Shown here one piece after another: positions 17,974-28,584 of a DNA stretch of 58,224 nucleotides (positions within the stretch are counted from its first letter, which is position 1; each line of letters starts with the position of its first letter). Below the pieces are notes generated by a model that worked only from the letters and a program-made list of their open reading frames with translations, was not told the origin of the DNA and did no database searches. The translations under genes were made by a program, and so were the position numbers. The DNA comes from a virus (taxonomy: Duplodnaviria > Caudoviricetes). The stretch is from positions 1-58,224 of IMG/VR virus record IMGVR_UViG_3300042924_004594; one strand, written 5' to 3'.

Positions 17974-18545
17974 GAGGCTATCTCCATCAGAGTAATCGAG
18001 GACGGGGATCGCACTGCATATGCGTTGTTTGCTCCCCCGTAGCTCATATTAAAATAAAGCGGATAACTGGCGTTGTAGGTGGCTCCTTGTATTTTATACG
18101 TTACGGACGTTGTGGAGCCTGGACTGTCAAGACATATGATCGTTCTTCCCGTCTGAATTGAGCTTGCCGCGTTGTACACATCTGCTGCGGAGGTGCTGAC
18201 AGTACTTAAATACGAGTCGCCAAGATGAATATTTGAAGAATTTCTTTGAAGTCGTAAAAATCCGTTTGTTTGACACCCTGAGTTTACAACCGCAAGAACA
18301 AGTATTTTATTTGAAGAGGAAGCGGGGGTTATAGACGCGGACAACACACCTAGATCCACAAAGGACGTTGAGGCATACGAAGCCGCGGAAGTCACAACGG
18401 TCTGGACTACCTGGAGTGCGGCGCCCGCACCAAAGTTTGAGCGAGCTGCACCAGCGGCCAGGTCGGCAGCTGTAACGCACGCGTCTGGCAATCCCCCTGC
18501 TGATAAACCTGTAAGCGTTCCAGTTCCGTTAATTGAGATAGGCAT
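17970..18545 (-). CDS. short tail fibre-like protein
   Basis: LQVVQ...SITPASSSNKILV...DSPGSTTSVTYKIQ...SSITLMEIA pattern; followed by a chaperone gene. Confidence 0.65.
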   Translation of the reverse strand: MPISINGTGTLTGLSAGGLPDACVTAADLAAGAARSNFGAGAALQVVQTVVTSAASYASTSFVDLGVLSASITPASSSNKILVLAVVNSGCQTNGFLRLQRNSSNIHLGDSYLSTVSTSAADVYNAASSIQTGRTIICLDSPGSTTSVTYKIQGATYNASYPLYFNMSYGGANNAYAVRSPSSITLMEIAS

Positions 18546-18546
18546 A

Positions 18547-19899
18547 TTAAACCACCGTCCAAACCCCGCCGGTCGGGATTGTTACCGTGACTCCTGTGTT
18601 TACGGTGATCGGACCAGCTGTCACAGCGTTCTTGTTTGAAGTTAGTGTGTAGCTCGTCGTCACAACCTGATCATTCTCCCAGAAAATTCTATCAGTTCCA
18701 CCCCCGACGGCCCCAGCAGCTACCGTGATTGAGTTATTTGAAATCGAAGTAACCCTTCCCTTAGCATCAACCGTAATAGACGGAATAGCTGAGGTGCTTC
18801 CATAGCTACCCGCTGTAACCCCGGTGGAAGCGAGTGTTGCTGTCCCAGTCACATTAGCCGAGCCATCAAACGCGGCCGATGTGTAAGTAACATCGCCAGT
18901 CATCCCAATTGTTCTACCTGCGCCTAGTCCATCAGCGATCCCAGCTGCTGGGACTTTATAAATCACGCCGGTACCAATATTGGTTATTCTGCCTTTAGCA
19001 TCGACTGTAATATTCGGAATACGGTTAGTAGAAGTCGCGGAATCAACACTCCCGTAACTCCCAGCTGTAACTCCTGTAGTGGCTAGGGTCGCAGTTCCAG
19101 TGACATTAGCTGAGCCATTGAATGACCCAGATGTGTATGAAACATCTCCCGTCATTCCGATTGTTCTTCCCGTGGCTAGCGCTGTAGCAGTTGAAGCATT
19201 TCCAGCAACATTTCCAGTTAGTCCACCCGTAGCTGAAATCTCTCCCCCTATTGTGACTGTTCCAGTAGGTCCAATTCGAAGACGCTCGACTCCGTTTGTT
19301 GTAAGCGCCGTTGTATTGGCTGCTGGGAAAAACACTCCTGTATCTTCGTCCCCAAAAGTTGTAATGGATGGCGCTGCGGCTGACCCGGCTGAAAACTTAA
19401 AAGATCCTGAAATGCCAGAGCCAGACGCCTCCCACCCCGTAGCTGTCTTTACCTTCATTCCGGGCATTGAGGTCGAGTAATACAAGTCCCCTGTTTGAAC
19501 TGCCGACCCGTCCAGGCGAAGTGTTGGGTCTGTCGCGCTAGTCCCCAAGAAAGTTGTGTAGTACCGATTTAGCTCGCCGAGCTTGTCATAAACGGTTTGA
19601 ACCTTAGTCATATTGTTCGAAACGTTTACGACCTGCGTATTGCTCGCCGCGACGGTGTTGATTGAAGTTATGTTGTTCGCATCCGTTACAACGCTGGCGA
19701 TATTGTTGGAAACAATATCAATGGCTGAAAGATTGCCAGCCACAACCGCGATATCGCCGCTATCAACCGAAGCACTGCCACCTATTGCAGAACTTCCAAT
19801 TACTGTGACCGGAGTGACTGTCTCCCCGCTTGTGACGGTTGACGCAACGCCAATCGCGGAGTCCCCGATAACGTTTACCGGGGCGATAACCTCACTCAT
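18547..19899 (-). CDS. tail fibre protein with internal duplication
   Basis: GSAAAPSITTFGDEDTG motif; two copies of RTIGMTGDV..T...F.GSANVTGTATLA.TGVTAGSYGS...IP.ITVDAKGR; C-terminal AGPITVNTGVTVTIPTGGVWTVV. Confidence 0.7.
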   Translation of the reverse strand: MSEVIAPVNVIGDSAIGVASTVTSGETVTPVTVIGSSAIGGSASVDSGDIAVVAGNLSAIDIVSNNIASVVTDANNITSINTVAASNTQVVNVSNNMTKVQTVYDKLGELNRYYTTFLGTSATDPTLRLDGSAVQTGDLYYSTSMPGMKVKTATGWEASGSGISGSFKFSAGSAAAPSITTFGDEDTGVFFPAANTTALTTNGVERLRIGPTGTVTIGGEISATGGLTGNVAGNASTATALATGRTIGMTGDVSYTSGSFNGSANVTGTATLATTGVTAGSYGSVDSATSTNRIPNITVDAKGRITNIGTGVIYKVPAAGIADGLGAGRTIGMTGDVTYTSAAFDGSANVTGTATLASTGVTAGSYGSTSAIPSITVDAKGRVTSISNNSITVAAGAVGGGTDRIFWENDQVVTTSYTLTSNKNAVTAGPITVNTGVTVTIPTGGVWTVV

Positions 19900-21620
19900 A
19901 TGATCGGTATAACGCCGCCGAGGGCGAAGTTCTCAGCCTGAACGCGGATCGAGTGGTGCTCCCCTGTCTTGGATTCCCGCAGCTCATCACGAAGAAGCAT
20001 TAGAGCTTTTTGCTCATGCATGACCGACTGCTCTGTATTGCTTGTCATGGTCAAAGCCGCCAAGGCCATATTGAAAATAGCTGGGTAGTTTTTGATGCTC
20101 ATCACATCGCTGTCGTTGGTCTTGTAGACTGGGCGCTTCTTGACCAGAAGACGGACATAAGAACTGTTGGCCCAGTTTCCTCGAATGAAGTATGCGCGGT
20201 ACTGGACGTTATCGATCCGGGTCTCTCCTCTTGCAATCATGCAAGGAGAAGCTGTTAGGTTCTGGGTGTTGTACGTATCGATCTCGGTCTGTTGGTAGCC
20301 AGGTCCGTTTTCCTTGAAATCATAGAACTCGTCGTACACAGGGATCGGAGATCCGTTAAAGGTTGCCCCGAGAATGGCTTCCACATCATTAGGGACGTAA
20401 ACCAGCCCATCGGTCTGATTAATTGTAAGCGTATAGGTTTTGATCGTGCCCACAAAAGTACCCATCCGCATGCACTGCTCTTCGCTTTGGTTGATAAATC
20501 GGGTCAACTCTGAGTCAGACAGACGCAAACCCAATGGCGCTTCCAGGGCGAAACGAGCTTTCATATACCCTAGTGTCCCCGGGATGGCCGTAGATAAAGC
20601 CGTTGTATAAGTTCCGTGCCGCTTGGATTCCAGCTCCACATTGAGCTCTTCTTCCAACATCTTGATGGCTTCAGCCTCAAACTTGGCCGCTTGATCCAGG
20701 CTAAGCTGGGCGTTTTTGGATGATAGTGAAATGGCTGTGATTGCGAGAACGACAAGCTTTACGATCTGGTAATTGGGCACAGGAAGCATAGCTGTGTCGG
20801 AAACTATGTAGCTGTAAGTCGGGAGAGCTAGGCCATCCTTTACCCCGTAACGCAAAGAGGAGAGCAAAAGACGCTTCTTGGTGATCAGAAGGTCTTGAGC
20901 TTTATTGACCAGGTCAAACAGCTTTGCGTCCTCAAGCTTGATACCAAACTCAAGATCCAAGCCGAGCTTAGCTCGGACATAACCCATACTGCCAACAGGA
21001 TGCGTTGAAAGTTTGGATTGATAAACGAGCCGGCGAGCTTCTTCAACTGACATGTCCGTTTTGTAGGCCAGATGCTCCACGGCTTTAGCCTGGAGACTTG
21101 TAGCCATGTCGATTTGGTTGTTTTCTTCACGCCACAACGCAAGAACCATCAGCTTGAGCGCCTCAAGATCGGCAATGATGAGTTCGTCTCCATCATTCTC
21201 TACCTCGACCATTTTCTTTTTACCCGTAACCACAACGCTTGTAGGCGCGGGGCTTACGGAGGCGTCAATTCTGAATTGAATGACGTTGGCCGTAGATCCG
21301 ATGGGTTCGAAGTTTAAAGGTACGAGATCCCCGTCATCGTGAATAAAGACATAAGCGTTGTCACAAAGAAGTACGTTACCGGAACCTAGGTTTGAGTTGT
21401 TGTTCTTGGCTACGCGAACAATGGATTCCAACTGCGGTGGCAAAGTAAATACACCGGTTGTGACGTCCACTTTATACTTAGCGATCGTACCCAACCATGC
21501 GCGAATAGCATGGAGCCGACGCTGAGCCTGGTTTACACGCTGAACAACGCGAGCATCCGTTGACGGAACTCCATTATCAACGACGCGTGCGATTTCAGAT
21601 TTGATTTCGCCAAATGTCAT
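19896..21620 (-). CDS. head-tail adaptor/ring protein (P22 gp4 / T7 gp11-like), three tandem repeats
   Basis: N-terminal MTFGEIKSEIAR...RVNQAQRRL helix pair typical of adaptors; the pattern recurs at ~aa 210 and ~aa 350. Confidence 0.6.
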   Translation of the reverse strand: MTFGEIKSEIARVVDNGVPSTDARVVQRVNQAQRRLHAIRAWLGTIAKYKVDVTTGVFTLPPQLESIVRVAKNNNSNLGSGNVLLCDNAYVFIHDDGDLVPLNFEPIGSTANVIQFRIDASVSPAPTSVVVTGKKKMVEVENDGDELIIADLEALKLMVLALWREENNQIDMATSLQAKAVEHLAYKTDMSVEEARRLVYQSKLSTHPVGSMGYVRAKLGLDLEFGIKLEDAKLFDLVNKAQDLLITKKRLLLSSLRYGVKDGLALPTYSYIVSDTAMLPVPNYQIVKLVVLAITAISLSSKNAQLSLDQAAKFEAEAIKMLEEELNVELESKRHGTYTTALSTAIPGTLGYMKARFALEAPLGLRLSDSELTRFINQSEEQCMRMGTFVGTIKTYTLTINQTDGLVYVPNDVEAILGATFNGSPIPVYDEFYDFKENGPGYQQTEIDTYNTQNLTASPCMIARGETRIDNVQYRAYFIRGNWANSSYVRLLVKKRPVYKTNDSDVMSIKNYPAIFNMALAALTMTSNTEQSVMHEQKALMLLRDELRESKTGEHHSIRVQAENFALGGVIPII

Positions 21621-22444
21621 TAGGTGTTCGGGTAGAAAGGAATCTTTCTAATCGTTCCGTTAATTGTTACTTGAAGATAGCCAACAGGAGTTGCCGGTAG
21701 AGCTGCTGCACCACCAGCAGAAACACTTGTTGTAGCCGTTGTTGCCGAGGGTAGAACGATGCTCCCTGCGGTTAAAACTCCAGCCGTTGTGATGTTAGCC
21801 GCAGTCAACAATCCAGCCGAATCGATCGAGGCTGCCGTAAGGGCGAGTGATCCTCCCGTGATGGCTCCTGAGCCCACACTGATCGCAGTAGCGGAAAGAG
21901 TGCCCCCAGAAGAGGTGATGTTGCCCGACGCGGTAATAGCTCCGGCCGTAATGCTAAGGCTTCCGCTCGACATGGTGATACCGCCGGTCGTAGAAAGACC
22001 GCCAGTTATTGCTAAAGTTCCACTTGTGGGGTGAATCAAAGCGGGAGTGGTAATAGAAGTGTCGGTTTTAATCGCCCCAACCACATCCAACTTTGTCGTA
22101 GGTGTCTCGGTTCCGACACCCACTCGACCAGCATACGTACCCGTGTTGTCGATCGAGAGCGCAGGGTTGATCAATCGAACGTTTCCGCCCGAAACAGTAA
22201 ACCCGCTAGTAAACGTGTTCTGAGCGCTGATTGAAATCCATCCGCCGTTATAAATCTTAAGAGTCGGATTGGCTGTGGAAGAATCCAGCCAGATCTTGGA
22301 CTGATCGTTCGGGGCCGTTGTGCTGAGAACAAATACGCTGGCGTCCGAAGCTGGGACAGAAAGGTTTTCGGCAAACAAAGACAGCAACTCTTGCGGGGTT
22401 GCGTACTTTGTACCGGCTGGGAGTGTAGATGCTAATAGAGCCAT
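21620..22444 (-). CDS. tail fibre/spike-like protein
   Basis: GRVGVGTETPTTKLDVVG fibre motif, Gly/Thr repeats, C-terminal GYLQVTINGTIRKIPFY. Confidence 0.6.
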   Translation of the reverse strand: MALLASTLPAGTKYATPQELLSLFAENLSVPASDASVFVLSTTAPNDQSKIWLDSSTANPTLKIYNGGWISISAQNTFTSGFTVSGGNVRLINPALSIDNTGTYAGRVGVGTETPTTKLDVVGAIKTDTSITTPALIHPTSGTLAITGGLSTTGGITMSSGSLSITAGAITASGNITSSGGTLSATAISVGSGAITGGSLALTAASIDSAGLLTAANITTAGVLTAGSIVLPSATTATTSVSAGGAAALPATPVGYLQVTINGTIRKIPFYPNT

Positions 22445-22447
22445 AGT

Positions 22448-23143
22448 TTAACTTGTGCCTCCTAGGAGTGCGTTTCCTATTACTGTTAGTGTGTTGCCTT
22501 GCGTTACGACAGCAGATGAAGTCGCTCTGCCACCGGCTCCCTGACCTAGGTTGCCTGCGTTTACGCCGATACTTGTTCCGCCAACAAGGTAAGAACTCAC
22601 CCATCCCCCATTGGTGTAATTGTACCGACCTTGACCGCCGCTTCCTGGGTCAATGCCCGCACCACCTCCGTGACCACCAAGAGCGTTGTTATCTCTGTTT
22701 TGGGTAATTCCCAATCCGCCGGTACCCCCAGAACCAATAACGCCGTTGTTTTGAATAGTAAGCGGATAACTTAACAGAATAGCCGGACCCCCCGGATTAA
22801 AAGAGTTGGCCCCGACATAAATATCGCAACAACCAGTAGTGATTGCATTTCCACCTTTTCCTGCAATAACCCCGTTCGCGGGATTATTTCCACTTCCCCC
22901 GCTTGTAGCTGGAAGAATGAGTTTTAAATTTGTCCCGGCGGGCCAACTGCCGGTTTGCAATGCATATTCACTCGTGGAAGTGCTTCCGATATTTCCTAGT
23001 ACGGTAATCTCCACTGTCGCGCCAGGCCCAACATAGGGATAGGAAGCCACAAAATGGTTCCGAAGGTTTAGATTGTATGAGTTGGTGTTGGCGGTGCCTA
23101 TATTCAGCTTAAATGTCGCGCTGTCGACGATGCTAACCATCAT
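22448..23143 (-). CDS. glycine-rich adhesin-like protein
   Basis: GVIAGKGG, NNGVIGSGG and GGHGGGAG polyglycine segments reminiscent of fibre-tip adhesins. Confidence 0.5.
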   Translation of the reverse strand: MMVSIVDSATFKLNIGTANTNSYNLNLRNHFVASYPYVGPGATVEITVLGNIGSTSTSEYALQTGSWPAGTNLKLILPATSGGSGNNPANGVIAGKGGNAITTGCCDIYVGANSFNPGGPAILLSYPLTIQNNGVIGSGGTGGLGITQNRDNNALGGHGGGAGIDPGSGGQGRYNYTNGGWVSSYLVGGTSIGVNAGNLGQGAGGRATSSAVVTQGNTLTVIGNALLGGTS

Positions 23144-23147
23144 GGCG

Positions 23148-23750
23148 TTAGCTCACGTACCCAAATGATATTGTTGCGTTAGCGACAACGCCTGAAAGAT
23201 TTGAAAAGGTTGCTGTAACACTTGTACCTGCCGCTATGACCGTTCCGTCTGCAAGCGCTGGAGAAAGTGTAACAGTGGCAGAACCTGAGCCAAAGGTAGT
23301 TGTTACGGGCGTGTTGATGGTCATGGCATGAGTTGTCTTAAAAAGAACAACTACTTGGGTATTGAAGGGTTGAAACACATTCGCACTCACCTGTTGACGT
23401 AGACTTGTAGAGCCTGCGGCAGTAACAAGCCCTTGGCTGTTTACGGTAAATGTCGGAACGGCGCTGTTCGATCCGTATGAACCGGCTGTAAGTCCTGGTC
23501 GGGTTTCAAGGTTTTCTGGGAGAATTGTGCCTAGAGCTATTTTGCCGCCATTGATTGCACGCCCTGCAATTTTATCGGTAATAACCGAAGAGGTAGCTAA
23601 CTGCTGAGAAGATACTGAACCGCTTGAAAGGATGTTCCCTCGAAGTTCGGAGATAGCTATTTGCTTGGTTACCGAAGAGTTTACGACCGGAAGCACGTCC
23701 GTGCTGCTTAAAGTCCCTGAGAATGATTGTAGGTCTGTGATCTTAGGCAT
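23148..23750 (-). CDS. tail fibre-like protein
   Basis: MPKITDL start; GLTAGSYGSNSAVPTFTVNSQG motif shared with 18547..19899; AGGAG ribosome-binding site. Confidence 0.55.
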   Translation of the reverse strand: MPKITDLQSFSGTLSSTDVLPVVNSSVTKQIAISELRGNILSSGSVSSQQLATSSVITDKIAGRAINGGKIALGTILPENLETRPGLTAGSYGSNSAVPTFTVNSQGLVTAAGSTSLRQQVSANVFQPFNTQVVVLFKTTHAMTINTPVTTTFGSGSATVTLSPALADGTVIAAGTSVTATFSNLSGVVANATISFGYVS

Positions 23751-23763
23751 AGCGGAATCTCCT

Positions 23764-23794
23764 ATTCTGGCGTACTGTCTGGCTTATGTCAATA
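23764..23794 (-). promoter_or_regulatory. sigma70-like promoter, copy of the phage motif
   Basis: TTGACA-17-CAGAAT; TATTGAC-ATAAGCC-AGACAGTA. Confidence 0.65.
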
Positions 23795-23984
23795 ATGGAG
23801 TATCACTCTGATCTGTAAGGGGTTCGCCAAAGAGTGTAGAACCTCCCGACAAAGTTAAAGTACCCGGCTCAGTAAGTAGTTCTTCAGAAAACACAGAGCC
23901 GCATACCTCGGAGTAGTGGAGAAACAAAGACGGCTCAACGGCGTCAAGCTGTTGCCACTGTGTTTTGTTCAGTTCGTTACTCAT
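23784..23984 (-). CDS. small hypothetical virion-module protein
   Basis: 66 aa; start overlaps the upstream stop (TAATG). Confidence 0.5.
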   Translation of the reverse strand: MSNELNKTQWQQLDAVEPSLFLHYSEVCGSVFSEELLTEPGTLTLSGGSTLFGEPLTDQSDTPLLT

Positions 23985-26900
23985 TAGATATTCCCTCCAA
24001 CTTGCTCAACCAGGGTCTGGCAATGTAAAAACATCTTCTGGAGAGTGGCCGCACCGGTCCACACGATACGACCTTGAAAGTCATACCCGTGTGAAAACAT
24101 TCTGTTGGTCAAAGGATCGGCCTGTTCACGAGGATTCATGAGTCGAATCTGTGGAGCGAATTGAGGTTTAAGATTCGGTATGGTCGACAAGAAGCCCGTT
24201 GTGTCGACAGCGTCAGGAGTAGCACCACTTTGATTAAAGCCGTATGGCGTTACAGTCACATCATAAAATGAATTCGGCAAAGTTCTCGGGTAGGATAATT
24301 TAACATAGAGGTAGTTTCCGGTAGGTCGGTATAGGTTAATGAACCTTGAGGCTTCTCTGTCGGTGGGGAGATTAACGTTTACTGTCCTGAAAGAATTATA
24401 AAAAGCTGTATAGTCAGACGTGCCATTCACAAGAGCTGCCACTTCAGTCGGTGTTAGTGTGGACACAAGATAAGACACGCCGATGTGGTAGGGCGCAGAC
24501 CCGGTGCCTGGAGGAGTTTCGCCCGTTGCAAAGTCGAGACGAAGCCCCAAGCCACGAGTAAGGCGAGAAGAGTATTTTGTCAGATCTATTTTGTGTAATA
24601 CGGCCGATTTACTCGCTAAGATATTATCGCTCATAGTCGACGACAATCCTGTTTCCGCGATTGCGTCACCACTTAACGCTCGGATAGATACTGATGTTTC
24701 GGGCAACATGTAAAAGTTGTCCCAGAAAATCCAGCTGGGGTATTGGTCTGGTTTGTAATACACCTCGACATCTGTCTGGTCTCGAAGATTTGAAAACCAG
24801 AAATCTGCGCGTATGAGTTTTTTCAACTCAAACATTGAGCGGAATGAATAAGCGGAGGTTTCTAGCTCAGCACGAATAGGTACTGCCCCAGAAGATGCGC
24901 CGGTAAAAGCAACCGAGAAGGTAGAAGAGTTTTCTGCGGGTAAGGCTCCAGAGGCAACCGCGGACACATATAAGAAGCCAGTAGTATTAATTGGACCCAG
25001 GTCTACTTCGCCAGAAGTCTTTCCGGAAGCCTGGGTGGAAAGTTTGACATAAAGGTTCTTTGCAAATGGAAGGATTCTTGCATCGGAAAGAAATGCTTCT
25101 TCTGAGACATCGTAATTACTCACGACGTAAGTAAGAGACACAGCTTGAAGTCCCATCCCAGAAGAAGTCCATGTGGTGGCAGCAGACTCGTTTTCAGTGC
25201 TAAGGGTAAGTTTTACACTCTGCGGTCCAAGTGCGGCTATCCTGCTAAGGTCAAACTTTGCCTTACGAGTCCCGGCAAGACTTGTAAACTGATAAGTCCC
25301 AGACAGGAGGCTGTTTGAAAAAGTCAGTTCGCTGCCGGCGATTGGGCGATCCTCGTGCGCTGTTGAGTCGATCTCCCAAATGCTGTTAAGGTTACAGCTG
25401 ATCCCAAGAATAAAGGCTTTGTTTCTCCGTCCAAAATCACCCGCAATAACCTGAAGCATATCTATGCCCGTCCATATCCCGTCATAGGCGGCAGCTGTTT
25501 TTCCAAGACTCCCTGTCAAAGTGTTAAAGTCCAAACTAATCAAAGCTTTGTATACTTTCTTGGACTTACTGTTGATGGTTTCCGGTTGGTACTCCTGGGG
25601 TAAAGCGGTCATAAGAACCCGACCGCGATCTGTGTAAGCAAGACTCACGTCCTGCAAAAGATGAATCGGTTCCTGCTCGAGAACAGAATTCATCTCGGCA
25701 CTCATCGCCGTGTTTCCATACGAGGCCATCTCTGCGGTTGCATTCTTGTACGTGCGAAGACCGTCGTTGGACCGGAAGAATAGATCGCCGTTAACCTGGG
25801 CAAAGGCATCGGGCCCGACGGCTCCGATGTTGGTGTAGAGAACTGTTTGGAAACCAGATGTAGTACCCCATTGTGATCTGGGGGCGGTCACAGCAAAAGT
25901 TGCCGCGCCAAACTCGCAAAACACAAACAACTGCCCCTGCCCTGCCGTAGTGTTCTGAGTAGGGACAAACTGCATGCCCGTTATTCTTCCCATGAACGAC
26001 GGCATCAGCAGACTCCCACCTTCATTGAGGTAGGTGTTTTCTGTATTAAAAAGAACCGAGGCTCTTGGATCCGATAACGGATAATTGACGGCTCCGGAGC
26101 TTGTTGTCCCCGCTTTTACGTTTACATGAGAACCTACAAGATCGAGCGCCTGAATCTCAAAGCGATTGGGGTTAGCTATAAAAAGTCGTCCTTGCCCGTA
26201 GGCCATAATTGAGCCAGTTGGAACTTCAGCTGGGTTTTCAAGAATGGCATAAGCTTTAGCTCCAGATCCGCCACCCCCAGAGAAAGTGACCGTCGGCGCT
26301 GATGTGTAGTTTGTGCCGGCGTTCGTAACCGTAATACGCTCAACCTGCCCACTTGAGGCCCCAATCATTGCGGTGGCCGTAGCGGTTGTTGCGCCCCCGG
26401 CACCGGGAGCAGATATGGTAACCGTGGGCGCTGAGGTGTACCCAGAGCCTCGGTCTGTAACTAGGATAGAAACGACTGTCCCGCTTCCGATACCCATTGA
26501 AATAGCTGGGTTAGAAGTTATGTGGGCACGACGAATGTTCTCTCCGTCAAAGATAAAAGGTGCGTTTACCCCGTCTTGAATGATGAGGTATTTTTCGGCC
26601 TGGCAGAAGTAATGACGGTTAGTCTGGTGGTTTCTATCTGGCCAAGGTCTTTCGGATGCGGAGGAGTCTCTTGAAAATCTTAACGCGAGCGAAGCGTTTG
26701 TAGTTCCAACAACGTAAGCTTTCGCGTTCTTGCTGAAGCCGGTTCCACCGTCGGAAACGGTGACGTAGTCGAGCCCGCCGGAGACAGTTGTTGCAGAGGC
26801 AGCAAAGTCTGTCCCTGTTTTACCAAGCAGAACGCCAGTCGGGAGCGGGTCTTCAACAATAACCTTTGAGCTATTAGTGAGTCCTGCTCCCGTGGTCGCC

Positions 26901-27610
26901 TTCCCTGCCCCGGCGATGCGTAGCGTGTAATACGTCGTGTCCATGAACTTTGGCAAGTTCACGTAACCGACGGACGGGTTATATATAGTATAAGAGCCAA
27001 CAGATGACCCGACCGAAGAAGATGAATTAGCTGTATAGGTAAATGAAGTTAAAGTAGGCGTCGTTAAAATTGTAGCTTCAGAGACGTTCAAGTGTGCTTG
27101 AAGTGTGTCGGTAACGGTAATCTTGTCTCCTGGGTTTAATTGATGCGGAGCACTTGTTGTAAGAGTGGCGGTTGTGCCAGAACAAGTAATACTGGATATA
27201 GCCTTAGCTGAAATTGCAGTTCCAGGAGTTCCGTTAATTCGAATTATCTTTTTAGTTTGCGGGTCAATTCGGTAAAGCCACCCACCAGCGGCCGCAATAA
27301 TGTAGGTCTTACCCTTGCCGGCATCGGCTAAATCAGAGGCTTCGTCTCGATTGGCGGGCTGGGTAAATAGCGTAGCTCCTTGAAAGTACCCTACTTGAAA
27401 CGCCTCAAGTGCGTCGGGATCTTCGGGATCTGGCTTCAAATCAAGCTGAACAAACCCGGGCCGTGTCTTTACTGTACCTCCTCGAGCCGTGACGTTAACG
27501 CCAAGGGCGTAGCTTTTTGGACTGATCAGGTTTGGCTCCCTAGAGGAATCCATGCCACTTTCTAACCCGTTGAACCCTGCTCTCTCGCGTCCTGAATCTT
27601 CTATGGCCAT
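23984..27610 (-). CDS. tail nozzle / stabilization protein (P22 gp10 / T7 gp12-like) with inserted domains
   Basis: N-terminal [11 protein letters not shown]...[14 protein letters not shown]; propeller-like segments ([25 protein letters not shown]); [12 protein letters not shown] repeats inserted. Confidence 0.65.
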   Translation of the reverse strand: MAIEDSGRERAGFNGLESGMDSSREPNLISPKSYALGVNVTARGGTVKTRPGFVQLDLKPDPEDPDALEAFQVGYFQGATLFTQPANRDEASDLADAGKGKTYIIAAAGGWLYRIDPQTKKIIRINGTPGTAISAKAISSITCSGTTATLTTSAPHQLNPGDKITVTDTLQAHLNVSEATILTTPTLTSFTYTANSSSSVGSSVGSYTIYNPSVGYVNLPKFMDTTYYTLRIAGAGKATTGAGLTNSSKVIVEDPLPTGVLLGKTGTDFAASATTVSGGLDYVTVSDGGTGFSKNAKAYVVGTTNASLALRFSRDSSASERPWPDRNHQTNRHYFCQAEKYLIIQDGVNAPFIFDGENIRRAHITSNPAISMGIGSGTVVSILVTDRGSGYTSAPTVTISAPGAGGATTATATAMIGASSGQVERITVTNAGTNYTSAPTVTFSGGGGSGAKAYAILENPAEVPTGSIMAYGQGRLFIANPNRFEIQALDLVGSHVNVKAGTTSSGAVNYPLSDPRASVLFNTENTYLNEGGSLLMPSFMGRITGMQFVPTQNTTAGQGQLFVFCEFGAATFAVTAPRSQWGTTSGFQTVLYTNIGAVGPDAFAQVNGDLFFRSNDGLRTYKNATAEMASYGNTAMSAEMNSVLEQEPIHLLQDVSLAYTDRGRVLMTALPQEYQPETINSKSKKVYKALISLDFNTLTGSLGKTAAAYDGIWTGIDMLQVIAGDFGRRNKAFILGISCNLNSIWEIDSTAHEDRPIAGSELTFSNSLLSGTYQFTSLAGTRKAKFDLSRIAALGPQSVKLTLSTENESAATTWTSSGMGLQAVSLTYVVSNYDVSEEAFLSDARILPFAKNLYVKLSTQASGKTSGEVDLGPINTTGFLYVSAVASGALPAENSSTFSVAFTGASSGAVPIRAELETSAYSFRSMFELKKLIRADFWFSNLRDQTDVEVYYKPDQYPSWIFWDNFYMLPETSVSIRALSGDAIAETGLSSTMSDNILASKSAVLHKIDLTKYSSRLTRGLGLRLDFATGETPPGTGSAPYHIGVSYLVSTLTPTEVAALVNGTSDYTAFYNSFRTVNVNLPTDREASRFINLYRPTGNYLYVKLSYPRTLPNSFYDVTVTPYGFNQSGATPDAVDTTGFLSTIPNLKPQFAPQIRLMNPREQADPLTNRMFSHGYDFQGRIVWTGAATLQKMFLHCQTLVEQVGGNI

Positions 27611-27640
27611 ATGGTTATTTTCTCAGAAATAAAAGCCGTT

Positions 27641-28060
27641 TCAACCTTTGGACCGTAATACTTCCCAGTTATCTCGCCAGGCTGAATTAGCAGCGAAATA
27701 GATAGATTTTGTCTTGGGTAGCTTTGCCCGCGGGATTACAAACACGGCATCCTGCGGAATGTGGTAGAAAATAAAGATATCGCAGTCGGTTTTGTTGTAG
27801 ATTGTCTTTACTTTATTGGTTTTAAGAAGAGCTCCGTATCCGTACCCAGGACCTTTTACAGCCAGGAATTTAAGCTTGTTTCGAGTCTTGGTGTCCGAGG
27901 CGCCTGCCGTGGTCTTAACCTGGACTCTTTTAAGTTTGCCTCTCCAGTCAGTTATCAAATCGTACCCCTCGTCAATTACAGGTGTGCAAACCAAAAACCC
28001 CTGCTCCAAGAGCTTTGCGGCCACTCTTTGAACGCCAATAGCCCCTATGCGAAGGCTCAT
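27641..28060 (-). CDS. PD-(D/E)XK endonuclease, homing-endonuclease-like
   Basis: YDLI...RVQVKT motif and Y...DCDIF; ATGA overlap with the endolysin stop. Confidence 0.75.
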   Translation of the reverse strand: MSLRIGAIGVQRVAAKLLEQGFLVCTPVIDEGYDLITDWRGKLKRVQVKTTAGASDTKTRNKLKFLAVKGPGYGYGALLKTNKVKTIYNKTDCDIFIFYHIPQDAVFVIPRAKLPKTKSIYFAANSAWRDNWEVLRSKG

Positions 28061-28584
28061 AGCCAAGACCTCCCCAGGACATTGGTTGCCAGCCTACGAC
28101 GTCTATAAACCCCGTCTCCGTCACGGGAACCGCCCCCATTGGTGTTGCCTTCAATCGTTAAAAGCCATTCCCCGTCATTTTTCTCTACAAGCCCGGTATG
28201 TGCTACCCGACCCATGCTATTGAACCAAATACCAAAAACGTCGGCTGGCTGGAGAGGTGTGCCTTTTCTGGATCTATCCCAAATAGGACGGTACAGCATT
28301 GTAGGCGACCAGGCTGTCCGGGGGTACGGGTTAAGGGGGCGAGTAAAGGTCTTATCTCCTACCCAAACAACAAAAGCCGCGCACCAAGGCGCTCGTGTAC
28401 CTTTTAAGCCTACGGAGTCTAGGATCTCGTCCACCACGGGCCCGTCGTTTCGGCCTGTGGCTTCCTTTGTCCCGATGGCTTTTCTTGCGGTCTCGACGAC
28501 GCGATGCCTCGCATCCGTATCACCCAAAGAAATATTGGAGTGGGCAAGAGCAAGAGTAATCGCAAAAACATACTTTATCGGCAT
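28057..28584 (-). CDS. CHAP-domain endolysin with N-terminal hydrophobic signal
   Basis: PWCAAFV catalytic Cys, HTGLV catalytic His, TIEGNT. Confidence 0.85.
   Translation of the reverse strand: MPIKYVFAITLALAHSNISLGDTDARHRVVETARKAIGTKEATGRNDGPVVDEILDSVGLKGTRAPWCAAFVVWVGDKTFTRPLNPYPRTAWSPTMLYRPIWDRSRKGTPLQPADVFGIWFNSMGRVAHTGLVEKNDGEWLLTIEGNTNGGGSRDGDGVYRRRRLATNVLGRSWL

Noticed and set aside
27611-28066. Group I intron around the endonuclease
   Set aside because: Flanking genes are intact and there is no non-coding room for an intron core
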